Source: Neglectibacter timonensis (lineage in GTDB: Bacteria; Bacillota; Clostridia; Oscillospirales; Acutalibacteraceae). Taken from it: DNA of 64,000 nucleotides. This document shows positions 25,935-34,287 of the stretch, piece by piece. The stretch is taken from the NCBI RefSeq assembly GCF_900048895.1, contig NZ_LT160640.1, positions 1,068,758 to 1,132,757 on the forward strand. The letters are read 5' to 3'. Numbering within the stretch: the stretch's first letter is position 1; each line of letters begins with the position of its first letter. Below the pieces are notes generated by a model that had not been told where the DNA came from, searched no databases, and was given only the letters and a program-made list of their open reading frames with translations. Both the position numbers and the translations under genes were made by a program.

Positions 25935-27898
25935 TCTCCCTGGGTCAGGGCGGAGCGGGCAGCCAGAATAAACCGGGGCCTGTCCAGCGGATCCGGCCCC
26001 AGTCTTTCCCGCTCCTCCCCCATTCCTTCCGGACAGTCCTCATAATGGGAAAAACGGGAGCCACAGCTTCCCTTTCCCGCCGTGGCAACGGCAAACTCCA
26101 CCGGAAAATCAAAAGTTTCAGCTGCGGGCACCAACGCCGTCAGACAAAAATAGCCGTCCCGCAGTTCCGGGCTTTCAAAGACGCCGCGGTGGGCCGTCAG
26201 CAGACTGATTGTCTTTCCCAAATATTCCTCTGGGGCGTCCAACTGCAGCCGTACAATGGGTTCCAGAAGCTTTGTTCCCGCTGCCCGCAGTCCGTCCATC
26301 AGGGCCATGGGGGTCGCCACAAAGAAATCCAGCGGGTGGGTGTGCACATGGTGGGATTCCCCATCCGTCAGCGTGACCTTCATATCGGTCACCTCCCAGC
26401 CGTGAAGCCCCTGGGAAAGCGCCCGGAACAGGGCGGTTTCCACATGTGCCTGGTACCGGTAGGGGAGCCTTCCCGGAGACACTTTCGACTCGTACTGCAC
26501 GCCGCTTCCCCGGGGCAGCGGTTCCAGCATAAATTTGACCACCGCCCAGCAGGGCTTCGGCGCCAGATAGGCCTCGAAGCCCTCTGCGCATTTCCGGGGT
26601 GTTTCCCGGTAGATGACGGAGGGCTTTCCAAAGGAAACCCGCAGGCCCCAGCGTTCCATCAGCAGCCCCTCCAGCACTTCCAGCTGAATTCTGCCCGTCA
26701 CCCGGACCCAAGCCTCCTGCTTTTCCCGGTTCCATTCCAGCTGCAGGCTGGGGTCTTCCTCACAGAGAAGCTGCAGAGCTTCCACCAGCTTTCTCTGCTG
26801 TTCCGGATTCTCCGGCTCCGCCTTCGCCAACATCAGCGGCTCGCACAGCCGGTATTCCCGCAGCCCTTCCGGCGCTGTGCCCAGCACGTCGCCTGACCGC
26901 ACGGAAGAAAGCCCGTAGAGCACGGCGATATCGTTCGCCTCCACCTGTTCCGCATCCTCCAACCTCTTCCCGGAGACACAGCGGATCCTGGTGACCTTTT
27001 CCTCCGTCTCCCCCGCGCAGCGGACCGCCTGGCGGTTTCTGAGAGATCCGGAAAAAAGACGCACGTAGGCGGCTTTCCCCATAATAGGGTCATGCTCCAC
27101 CTTATAGACCCGGGCGCAGAATTCCCCGCCCGGCGCCTCCGCCTCCTGCAGGTATTCCGCGGCCGCGTCCAGAAGCTCCCCAACGCCGGTTCCATATTTG
27201 GAAGCGCCGAACAGCGCAGGCAGCACCCTGGCCTCCCCCACCGCACGCCCCAGGGCCTCGGGAAGCGCCCTGGCGGCCTCTTCCTCCGAAGTGAGCAGCA
27301 GTTCCAGCAGGGGTTCCTCCGCACAGGCAAGCACGCTGCGCTCCAGCCGTTCCCCTTCCGTCAAGGACAGAGGCTGCACGGCGCAGCGCTCCGTTCCCTC
27401 CTCCAAAACAGCGTTCAGCGGAAGCACGGGCTTTCCGAACAGCTTTTCCGCCTCCTGCAGGACAGCTGCGCTGCGGCTGCCCGCCCTGTCGCACTTGTTG
27501 AAAAAGAGCAGGCAGGGCAGTCCCGCGTTCTTCAAGCTTTCCGCCAGCTGCCTTGTCTGGGGCTGAATCCCTTCCACGGAGGAGATTACCAGAACCGCCG
27601 CGTCCAGAACGCTCAGAGAACGCTCCACCTCGCTGAGGAAGTCGGAATGCCCAGGCGCATCGATCAGATTGAGCTTCACGCCTTTCCAAAACACGGAAGC
27701 ACAGGCCGTCCTCACAGAGATACCCCGCTCCCGTTCCACCGCCAGCGTGTCGGTGCTGGCGGTGCCGTCGTCCACGCTCCCTGCGGCGCGGACGGCTCCG
27801 GCCAGATACAGAATCTGCTCCGTCAACGTGGTTTTCCCTGCGTCCGCATGGGCCACAATGCCCAAATTCAGTTTTTTCCTTTGTACAGGAGTTTCCAT
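25931..27898 (-). CDS. TetM/TetO/TetW-family ribosomal-protection-type GTPase (655 aa); resistance function unproven
   Basis: Starting at METPVQRKKLNLGIVAHADAGKTTLTEQILYLAGAVRAAGSVDDGTASTDTLAVERERGISVRT...LIDAPGHSDFLSEVERSLSVLDAAVLVISSVEGIQPQTRQLAESLKNAGLPCLLFFNKCDRAG, the product is nearly collinear with TetM motifs. The ORF-track 750-aa version (start 28183) is an unsupported upstream extension. A candidate GAAGAGAGG RBS lies 9 nt upstream. Confidence 0.85.
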   Translation of the reverse strand: METPVQRKKLNLGIVAHADAGKTTLTEQILYLAGAVRAAGSVDDGTASTDTLAVERERGISVRTACASVFWKGVKLNLIDAPGHSDFLSEVERSLSVLDAAVLVISSVEGIQPQTRQLAESLKNAGLPCLLFFNKCDRAGSRSAAVLQEAEKLFGKPVLPLNAVLEEGTERCAVQPLSLTEGERLERSVLACAEEPLLELLLTSEEEAARALPEALGRAVGEARVLPALFGASKYGTGVGELLDAAAEYLQEAEAPGGEFCARVYKVEHDPIMGKAAYVRLFSGSLRNRQAVRCAGETEEKVTRIRCVSGKRLEDAEQVEANDIAVLYGLSSVRSGDVLGTAPEGLREYRLCEPLMLAKAEPENPEQQRKLVEALQLLCEEDPSLQLEWNREKQEAWVRVTGRIQLEVLEGLLMERWGLRVSFGKPSVIYRETPRKCAEGFEAYLAPKPCWAVVKFMLEPLPRGSGVQYESKVSPGRLPYRYQAHVETALFRALSQGLHGWEVTDMKVTLTDGESHHVHTHPLDFFVATPMALMDGLRAAGTKLLEPIVRLQLDAPEEYLGKTISLLTAHRGVFESPELRDGYFCLTALVPAAETFDFPVEFAVATAGKGSCGSRFSHYEDCPEGMGEERERLGPDPLDRPRFILAARSALTQGD

Positions 27899-28273
27899 AC
27901 CTGCAGGCCTCTCTTCTATCCTCTGCCATTCAACCGGCTGCGTTTTTTCTGCACCCGTTTGGCTATTGCGTTTATTATAACATACCTGCGGCGGGCATGA
28001 CATGTATTTCAGCTTCTTCCAAACCTTCTGCAGCGGCTTCCGTACAGATTTGGCGGGCCGGAAGAAAATCCGGCCGCCGGCCCGCCGCTTTCTTTCCAAC
28101 TGGATAATTAGCGAGGCCAGTTCCAGGCCGCCGGGGCCGAAATCGAAAATCGGAATCGTACAGGAAAAGACGGCGAGGGACATTTTTTAATACCGCTCGG
28201 TGCGTTATAATACATGCTGTGTAAAAATATTCCGGACCTCACCGGGAGGAACGGACAACGGAGTTGTGTTGAG

Positions 28274-29557
28274 ATGGAGCTATTTCACATGCTCGGGCGG
28301 ATTCCCGTCCGGGCAAAAAACATGTGCCTCGGTCTGGGGAAAGAGTATTTCCAGTATTCTGGCCTGGAATTCATGTATTGGTTTGCCGCTGCCACCAATT
28401 CCTTTACCACGGTCTACCTGCAGGATATCGGGATGGACTCCACCGAAGTGGGCATGATCAGCGCCCTGAACTCCGCCGTCAGTATTCTCGCCATGCCGCT
28501 TTGGGGCGCGCTCAGCGACAAGCTGAGGTCCATCAAAAAGGTCTTTCTGTTCGCCACCCTGGTCAGCGCCCTGATTGTCCCGCTGATCCCCATGATCTCG
28601 GCTTACCGGCTGGGGCCCGTGCTCCTTGCCTATTTGATCATCCCCCTTTCCTGTTTTTTCCGCACGCCCACCGGCGCGCTTGTGGACAGCTGGGTGGTAC
28701 AGGCAGCCAACCGCCAGGGTCTCAATTACGGCGGCGTGCGGCTCTGGGGCAGCATCAGCTTTGCCGTCATGTCCATGGCGTTGAGCGGCCTGCTGCCCCT
28801 GCTGGGCATCAGATATGCGTTTTTCGGTTTTTCCATTGTGGCGGTTCCCCTGATGCTGGTGGCTTTTTCCATCAAGGACGACGCCAAAAAGGGAAAATCC
28901 CTTTCTCTCAGGGAAATGCACGTGGGAGAGCTCTTTAAAAATTACTATTACATGGCCTACCTTGTTTTCGCCATCGCCCTGAATATCCCGCTGAACTGTT
29001 CCTATACCTTCATGCCTTATTTGATCAAATCGGTGGGCGCAGATCCCTCTCTTTACGGCATTTTGACGGGTTATAAGGCGCTGATGGAAATCCCCATGCT
29101 CATCCTGATGGTTCACCTGAGGAAACGGTTCCGTATGCCGCACATCATTGTGGCGGCAGGCATCTTCTATGTGCTGGAAATGACGCTTTACTCCTTTGCC
29201 GGGAACTTTGCCCACCTGTTTTTCATCATCACCTTCCAGGGCATCGGCGGCGGACTTTTTATCGGCGTAGGCACCAACTATGTGTACAGCCTGGCTCCGG
29301 ACCACCTGAAGGCTACGGCACAGACGCTCAACGGCGCCATGAATTCCGTCGCCGGGATTGTCGGAAATCTCTTGGGCGGCGTGCTGATCGCCATGGTAGG
29401 CGTAAAGGCCTTTTATTTCATAGCAGGCTGCATGATCTTCGGAGCTGTTGTCCTCTTCCTTCTCAGCTTCCCTCTGGGCCAGCGGATTCTCAAACAGCCC
29501 CTTCCCAATGCCGCCCGCCGTCCCCGCGACCTGCTTTGTGAGCAGGCCTCCACATAA
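28274..29557 (+). CDS. MFS transporter (12 TM; HcaT / nucleoside-H+ symporter-like subfamily)
   Basis: The product is a polytopic 428-aa protein with an MFS signature-like loop (ALSDKLRSIKK) and paired 6-TM halves. The start at 28274 (a GGAG lies 10 nt upstream) is uncertain; in-frame alternatives are at 28289 and 28322. Confidence 0.78.
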   Translation: MELFHMLGRIPVRAKNMCLGLGKEYFQYSGLEFMYWFAAATNSFTTVYLQDIGMDSTEVGMISALNSAVSILAMPLWGALSDKLRSIKKVFLFATLVSALIVPLIPMISAYRLGPVLLAYLIIPLSCFFRTPTGALVDSWVVQAANRQGLNYGGVRLWGSISFAVMSMALSGLLPLLGIRYAFFGFSIVAVPLMLVAFSIKDDAKKGKSLSLREMHVGELFKNYYYMAYLVFAIALNIPLNCSYTFMPYLIKSVGADPSLYGILTGYKALMEIPMLILMVHLRKRFRMPHIIVAAGIFYVLEMTLYSFAGNFAHLFFIITFQGIGGGLFIGVGTNYVYSLAPDHLKATAQTLNGAMNSVAGIVGNLLGGVLIAMVGVKAFYFIAGCMIFGAVVLFLLSFPLGQRILKQPLPNAARRPRDLLCEQAST

Positions 29558-29564
29558 CAGAAAC

Positions 29565-29599
29565 CAGCGCCGCCTGTATGGGCGGCGCTGCTCTTTTCG
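29565..29599 (+). terminator. Rho-independent terminator after the MFS gene
   Basis: The sequence cagcgccgcc-tgtatg-ggcggcgctg is followed by ctcttttcg. Confidence 0.65.
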
Positions 29600-29730
29600 A
29601 GCCCCGCGCAGGCATATATTTCCTGTTTAGGCAGCCTTCTTAAAATCGTTTCCTGATCCACCTTGCTATTTTCCGTGCTCTATGCTATAATTGTTCTCAA
29701 AAAATTGTAAAGGTTGTGGTTTTTTCCTCT

Positions 29731-31002
29731 ATGGACAGTCACAGTACTACGCTGATCCTGATTCTGATCGTTCTGGTTGCACTTTCCGCTTACTTTTCGG
29801 CTACGGAGACGGCTTTCTCCTCTCTCAACCGAATCCGGCTGAAAAATTTGGCCGCCGGCGGAAACAAACGGGCCAAGCTGGCTTACGCTCTCTCGGAAAA
29901 TTATGACGAGCTGCTCTCTACCATTCTGGTAGGAAACAACATCGTCAACATCGCTTCCGCCTCCATCGCCACCGTGCTGTTCGTCAACGCCCTGGGCGAA
30001 GGAATCGGCCCCACGGTTTCTACCGTGGTGATGACCGTTATCGTGCTCATCTTCGGCGAGGTATCGCCCAAGAGCCTGGCCAAGGAAAGCGCGGAAAGCT
30101 TCGCCATGTTCTCCTCGCCCATTATCCGGGTTCTCATTGTGGTTCTCAAGCCTGTCAACTTCCTGTTTACCCAGCTCAAAAAGGGTCTGAAGCGCCTTTT
30201 CAAGGTCAGCGGCGACCATTCCCTTACCGACAGCGAGCTGCTCACCATTGTGGAAGAGGCTGAGCAGGAAGGCGGCATTGATAAAAACGAGGGAACCATG
30301 CTCCGCAATGTCATTGAGTTCGACGACATCGAGGCCATCGACATCATGACTCCCCGGGTGGACGTAGTGGCTGTGCCCAGGGATGCGGAAAAGGAAGAGG
30401 TAGCGCGTCTGTTTCGGGAAACCGGGTATTCCAGGCTTCCTGTCTATGAAGAGACCATCGACAGCATCGTGGGCGTGATCCATGAGAAAAATTTCTACAG
30501 TTACGTATGGGGCACTACTAAGGAGATCGACAGCATTTTAAAGGCGGCGGAGTTCATTCCCCCGTCCATGAAAATTTCCACTCTGCTGAAGCTTTTGCAG
30601 CAGAACAAGCTGCACATGGCCGTCATTGTAGATGAATTCGGCGGCACCGAGGGTATTGTGACCCTGGAAGATGTGATCGAAGAGCTGGTGGGTGAGATTT
30701 GGGATGAGCATGACGCCATTGCGGCGGAAAGCTTCCATAAATCCGGAGAGGATACTTACCGGGTTTTCTGTTCCACCGATCTGGACGATCTTTTTGATTT
30801 CTTCCACATCTCCTGCGAGACGGAGGCCTCCACCATCAACGGCTGGATCATCGAAAATCTGGACCGGATCCCTGAGCCGGGCGACGCTTTCGAATATGAA
30901 GGCCTGTTGTTCACCGTTAGCCGGGTAGAAAATAACCGCGCTGTGGAAATCGAGGTCAAGGGCGAACCGCTTCCGGAACCGGGAGAAGAAGACGCCGTAT
31001 AA
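29731..31002 (+). CDS. CNNM(DUF21)-CBS pair-CorC_HlyC transporter-associated protein (TlyC/CorC/HlyC family, putative Mg2+/Co2+ efflux)
   Basis: The product opens MDSHSTTLILILIVLVALSAYFSATETAFSSLNRIRL (DUF21 start), then has tandem CBS domains and a C-terminal CorC_HlyC region. A TTGCTA-17-TATAAT promoter lies at about 29660-29690. Confidence 0.88.
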   Translation: MDSHSTTLILILIVLVALSAYFSATETAFSSLNRIRLKNLAAGGNKRAKLAYALSENYDELLSTILVGNNIVNIASASIATVLFVNALGEGIGPTVSTVVMTVIVLIFGEVSPKSLAKESAESFAMFSSPIIRVLIVVLKPVNFLFTQLKKGLKRLFKVSGDHSLTDSELLTIVEEAEQEGGIDKNEGTMLRNVIEFDDIEAIDIMTPRVDVVAVPRDAEKEEVARLFRETGYSRLPVYEETIDSIVGVIHEKNFYSYVWGTTKEIDSILKAAEFIPPSMKISTLLKLLQQNKLHMAVIVDEFGGTEGIVTLEDVIEELVGEIWDEHDAIAAESFHKSGEDTYRVFCSTDLDDLFDFFHISCETEASTINGWIIENLDRIPEPGDAFEYEGLLFTVSRVENNRAVEIEVKGEPLPEPGEEDAV

Positions 31003-31024
31003 TTTGATTCCCAAATAAAATAGA

Positions 31025-31053
31025 AGGGGCTCTGCCGTTTCCCGGCAGAGCCC
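31025..31053. repeat. First copy of a 29-nt GC-rich hairpin repeat; functions as a minus-strand terminator
   Basis: The sequence is ggggctctgccg-tttcc-cggcagagcccc, preceded on the plus strand by caaataaaatagaa. On the minus strand the hairpin is therefore followed by TTCTATTTTATTT. Confidence 0.7.
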
Positions 31054-31240
31054 CTCAGCTTGTCGAAAAAGAGCATTTCGCCAAGCTGAACAAGTTTGCA
31101 GGGAAGGAATTGATTTCTCAGTAAGCCTACCCATGCAAACTTGTTTTGGAATCAACGCGGGAGAGGAACCCTGACGGTTCCCTCCCACACCCTTCCTCCC
31201 TCCGAAGGCGTTGGCTCTTACGTTTATCGACAGACTAAAG

Positions 31241-31270
31241 GGGCTCTGCCGTTTCCCGGCAGAGCCCTTT
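31241..31270. repeat. Second identical copy of the 29-nt hairpin repeat; functions as a plus-strand terminator
   Basis: The sequence is ggggctctgccg-tttcc-cggcagagccc, followed by TTTACTTTATTTT. It lies 216 nt from the first copy. Confidence 0.7.
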
Positions 31271-31279
31271 ACTTTATTT

Positions 31280-32734
31280 TCAGGCCTTGCCGGCTGTGCT
31301 GGCGGCGATGGATTTGTCCACTTCCTCCATCACGGAAGCCTTCTCGCCCTCTTCCTTCTTCTTTCCAAGGAAAGCGGGCAGTTCCATTCCGGCCATGTCA
31401 AACATCTCATTCATGGGGGGAATGGACTTCATCATGCCGGAAAGGAAATTCGCCGTAGCAGGCGTTCCGTCCTTGCCGTTCATGCTGTCCCAGACTGTAA
31501 CCTTGTCGATCTTCAGGTTCTTCACAGCCTCTACCTGGGTCTTTACCAGCTCTTCCAGCTTGTCGGCAATCATCAGGCGCATGGCGTCCTCGGCGTTTCC
31601 GCCGGCAGCCTCCACAATCTTCTGGAAACCGATAGCCTGTTTCATCAGGATCTCCTGGGTACCGCGGGCCTGAGCGTCCATCTTCGCAAAGATAGCGTCC
31701 GCTTCACCTTTGGCCCTACGGCGGATCTGTTCTGCCTCCGCCTCCGCCTGCAGCTCTTTCTGACGTTTTTCAATTTCCGCCTTCACGATGACGTCTGCCT
31801 CCAGCGTGGCTTCATCACGGGCGGAACGCGCCTTTTCAGCCTCCTGCTCAGCCGCATAGGCCTCCTGCAGCGCCCTTGCCGACTGAATCTTCTGCGCGGC
31901 GGTAGAGCGGCGCAGGGCTTCAGCCTGCTTCTCGTTCAGCGTGGCATTGGATTCCGCAATTTGTGCCTTGGCCTGGTTTTCACCCTGAATGGCTTCCGAA
32001 TCCGCCAAAGAAACCGATACGCGCTGTTCCCGTCTGGCGTTTGCCTCGCCGATATCACCGGAACGGTTGGCCTCTGCCACGGAAATTTTCGCATCGTTGA
32101 TGGCTTTGGCCGCCGCTTCTTTACCCAGAGCGGAGATATACCCGGATTCGTCGGAAATATCCGTGACGTTCACGTTGATCAGCCGCAGGCCGATTTTTTT
32201 CAGCTCGGTCTCCACGTTATTGGAGACTGCGGTAAGGAACTTGTCGCGGTCCGTATTGATCTCCTCGATATCCATTGTGGCGATCACCAGCCGCAGCTGG
32301 CCGAAAATGATATCCTTTGCAAGCTCCTGGATTTCAGAGAGCTTCAGCCCCAGCAGGCGTTCCGCCGCGTTCTGCATCACGCCATTCTCTACCGAAATAC
32401 CCACGGTAAATCTGGAGGGCACATCGATGCGGATATTCTGCTTGGACAGAGCGTTCTTCAAATCCACCTGGATGGAAAGCGGCGTCAAATCCAGATAGGC
32501 ATAAGACTGGATGATAGGCACAATAAAGGCCGCGCCGCCGTGGATACACTTTGCACTGCGTGCCGTGCCGTCCTTATTGGTGCCGATTTTTCCGTATACC
32601 ACCAGTATCTTGTCGGACGGGCATTTTCGGTATCTGGAAAAAATAACGATAATTGTGGTGAACACCAAAAGTGCAATCACCGTGATCAGAATGACAACTC
32701 CTACATCAATCCCTGCGTTCATGGACCGTTCCAC
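31280..32734 (-). CDS. Flotillin family SPFH-domain protein (FloT/YuaG-like)
   Basis: The product has an N-terminal TM segment, an SPFH/band-7 domain (PIIQSYAYLDLTPLSIQVDLKNALSKQNIRIDV...) and a long Ala/Glu-rich coiled-coil flotillin domain (EAEKARSARDEATLEADVIVKAEIEKRQKELQAEAEAEQIRRRAKGEAD). Confidence 0.88.
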   Translation of the reverse strand: MERSMNAGIDVGVVILITVIALLVFTTIIVIFSRYRKCPSDKILVVYGKIGTNKDGTARSAKCIHGGAAFIVPIIQSYAYLDLTPLSIQVDLKNALSKQNIRIDVPSRFTVGISVENGVMQNAAERLLGLKLSEIQELAKDIIFGQLRLVIATMDIEEINTDRDKFLTAVSNNVETELKKIGLRLINVNVTDISDESGYISALGKEAAAKAINDAKISVAEANRSGDIGEANARREQRVSVSLADSEAIQGENQAKAQIAESNATLNEKQAEALRRSTAAQKIQSARALQEAYAAEQEAEKARSARDEATLEADVIVKAEIEKRQKELQAEAEAEQIRRRAKGEADAIFAKMDAQARGTQEILMKQAIGFQKIVEAAGGNAEDAMRLMIADKLEELVKTQVEAVKNLKIDKVTVWDSMNGKDGTPATANFLSGMMKSIPPMNEMFDMAGMELPAFLGKKKEEGEKASVMEEVDKSIAASTAGKA

Positions 32735-32775
32735 ACCTTTCTCAAATAAAATTCCTGCCGGGCAGCCAGCTGCCC

Positions 32776-33495
32776 TCAGTCCTCAAGCCTGTGCCGCTCC
32801 GACTGGGCGGTGTTTATCAATGCCTCCACCACCACTGTGGTGGCGTCTGCAAGGGCGCAAACGGACACCTGCGTCCCTGTGGAAAGCGGCGCTGTTCCTG
32901 CGTTTACAGCGTCCAGTTCCACCAGCCCGCTGGAAAGAAGAAGGCTGATTTTCCCCTTGCCCTCCCCTTTTGGCGGAATTGGAAGATAGGCGGTGCCGAT
33001 CTTCCCCAGTGTCTGCCTCAGATCCAAGTTGCCGTTGTCCTGCAGCTTCATGGCGTTTTTCATCAGCCAAGCCACAAGAAACAGTGCGGCAACCCCGCCG
33101 GCCGCGGAGAGAATGATGCTTTCCGCCAGGGGAAGCCCGGCCCGGTCGGCCACAAAGCCCACCCAGCCGCCGATGGAAAAGAAAGCCACAATCCCCCGGA
33201 TGCTGAACAGAGTCAGCCCGTCGCCGTGACCGGCCGCTTCTCCCAAATCGGAGGCTGCGGCGGCATCGGCGTCGAAATCCAAATCCAGGCTGCCGTCCGC
33301 GTCGAAATCAGTATCCAGGTCAAGACCCGTATCAAAATCGACTTCCCCGCCGTCCGCATCAAAATCGGAATCTCCGCCGCCTCCGATTCCGATGAGCAGC
33401 AGAATCGTCTGCAGCAGCATCACCGCCGTGGCAGGCACTGCGATACAGGCGAAAACCCTGCTGATCAGGGAAAGCCCGTTCCACCATTCCAACAT
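32776..33495 (-). CDS. NfeD-family membrane protein (YuaF-like flotillin partner) with an inserted acidic DxD-repeat segment
   Basis: The protein has membrane helices at its N-terminus and centre, plus a C-terminal OB-fold-like NfeD domain (GKISLLLSSGLVELDAVNAG...). It sits directly upstream of the flotillin gene, as in the B. subtilis yuaF-floT pair. Confidence 0.8.
   Translation of the reverse strand: MLEWWNGLSLISRVFACIAVPATAVMLLQTILLLIGIGGGGDSDFDADGGEVDFDTGLDLDTDFDADGSLDLDFDADAAAASDLGEAAGHGDGLTLFSIRGIVAFFSIGGWVGFVADRAGLPLAESIILSAAGGVAALFLVAWLMKNAMKLQDNGNLDLRQTLGKIGTAYLPIPPKGEGKGKISLLLSSGLVELDAVNAGTAPLSTGTQVSVCALADATTVVVEALINTAQSERHRLED
33240..33390 (-). repeat. Coding low-complexity repeat (GTCGAAATC/ATCAAAATC units) encoding the DFDADG/DLDTDFD acidic tract of NfeD
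   Basis: Visible DNA-level repetition encodes GGGGDSDFDADGGEVDFDTGLDLDTDFDADGSLDLDFDAD. Confidence 0.6.
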
Positions 33496-33514
33496 TACGA
33501 TTCCCCCTTTCCCA

Positions 33515-34099
33515 TCATACTTTCAGAACCGGCTCCACAGCCTGCTCATAGAGACGGTCTGCACGCACCTTGACCAGAGACGCGGCGTAATAGGTCAGAA
33601 TCAGCTTTGCAGCATTCATCACCTTTTCCCTGGCTCCAGGGAAAGGCTCCCTGTAGTCTGTTGCCCGGGATTCAATCAACCGGTCCAGGCTGCCTGACAA
33701 AATTGTCTCATAATCCACCTCATCCAGAATATCGCAGATGTAAATATAGAGCTGCGACTCCGAAATGCTGTCGTCCTCCCGGCAATTTGCGCTGCCGTTA
33801 AGATAGGTGAGTATATGGACGATGGTTTCCAGCTTGGTCACCTCCCGAAGCATGTTGATCAGCAGAATGCGCGCCAGGTGGTTGGCTGAATATCGTTTTT
33901 CCACCGGCTTCTGCACCCAGCCCCGGTTTACCCAATTCTGTATGACCGAGGTTTCCAGCTTGGTGATCTCCCGCACCTGAGACAGCATCAGTCCCTTTGT
34001 GCCGAAGAACAGGCCGTCCAGAAATTCCGCCGCGCTCTTTCCCTGCCGTTCCACAACTGTTCCCGGAAAAGTTGGTTCCAGTATTAAGTGTGAATCCAT
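33515..34099 (-). CDS. DUF1836-like protein with an N-terminal MerR-like HTH; first gene of the NfeD-flotillin operon
   Basis: The ATG at 34099 is preceded by an AAGGGAGGAGGGG RBS 6 nt upstream. The product MDSHLILEPTFPGTVVERQ...LMLSQVREITKLETSVIQNWVNRGWVQKP has an HTH-like segment. The ORF-track GTG at 34150 lacks an RBS. Confidence 0.6.
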   Translation of the reverse strand: MDSHLILEPTFPGTVVERQGKSAAEFLDGLFFGTKGLMLSQVREITKLETSVIQNWVNRGWVQKPVEKRYSANHLARILLINMLREVTKLETIVHILTYLNGSANCREDDSISESQLYIYICDILDEVDYETILSGSLDRLIESRATDYREPFPGAREKVMNAAKLILTYYAASLVKVRADRLYEQAVEPVLKV

Positions 34100-34132
34100 C
34101 TTTATCCCCTCCTCCCTTTTGTGATTGAATTC

Positions 34133-34201
34133 ATTATATAATGTATTCACGTGATTGTCAATAACTATCTTATATTTATTTTTACAATCTCAAGATTGTA
34201 A
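34133..34201 (-). promoter_or_regulatory. Consensus sigma-A promoter (TTGACA-17-TATAAT) plus an upstream perfect 20-bp palindrome for the DUF1836-nfeD-flotillin operon
   Basis: The minus strand reads TTGACAatcacgtgaatacattaTATAAT. Upstream of it the perfect palindrome TTACAATCT-CA-AGATTGTAA lies at 34182-34201. Confidence 0.6.
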
Positions 34202-34211
34202 GTTTTCCCAT

Positions 34212-34245
34212 AAAAAAAAACTCCTGAAACATGACGTTTCAGGAG
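34212..34245 (-). terminator. Strong Rho-independent terminator ending the ECF-S-like/DUF4430 operon
   Basis: The plus strand reads aaaaaaaaa-ctcctgaaac-atga-cgtttcaggag. On the minus strand this is a 10-bp stem followed by nine U residues. Confidence 0.75.
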
Positions 34246-34287
34246 GCTAATTGGAAGATTTCCATACAGGCAGGCTGGGCTTTCTCC

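Noticed and set aside
27899-28183. The 750-aa version of the TetM-like GTPase starting at 28183, and the overlapping 27102-27929 (-) and 27092-28000 (+) ORFs
   Set aside because: The N-terminal 95 residues lack GTPase homology and cover the promoter region. The internal ATG at 27898 immediately precedes the G1 motif, as in Tet(M), and has a plausible RBS. The overlapping ORFs are frame artefacts.
31054-31240. A protein-coding gene inside the structured intergenic insert. The longest ATG ORF there is 13 codons; the 216-aa minus ORF at 30538-31188 runs through it.
   Set aside because: The 216-aa ORF is antisense to the CNNM/CBS gene and is an artefact. The insert itself has no ORF with an RBS, so it is treated as noncoding.
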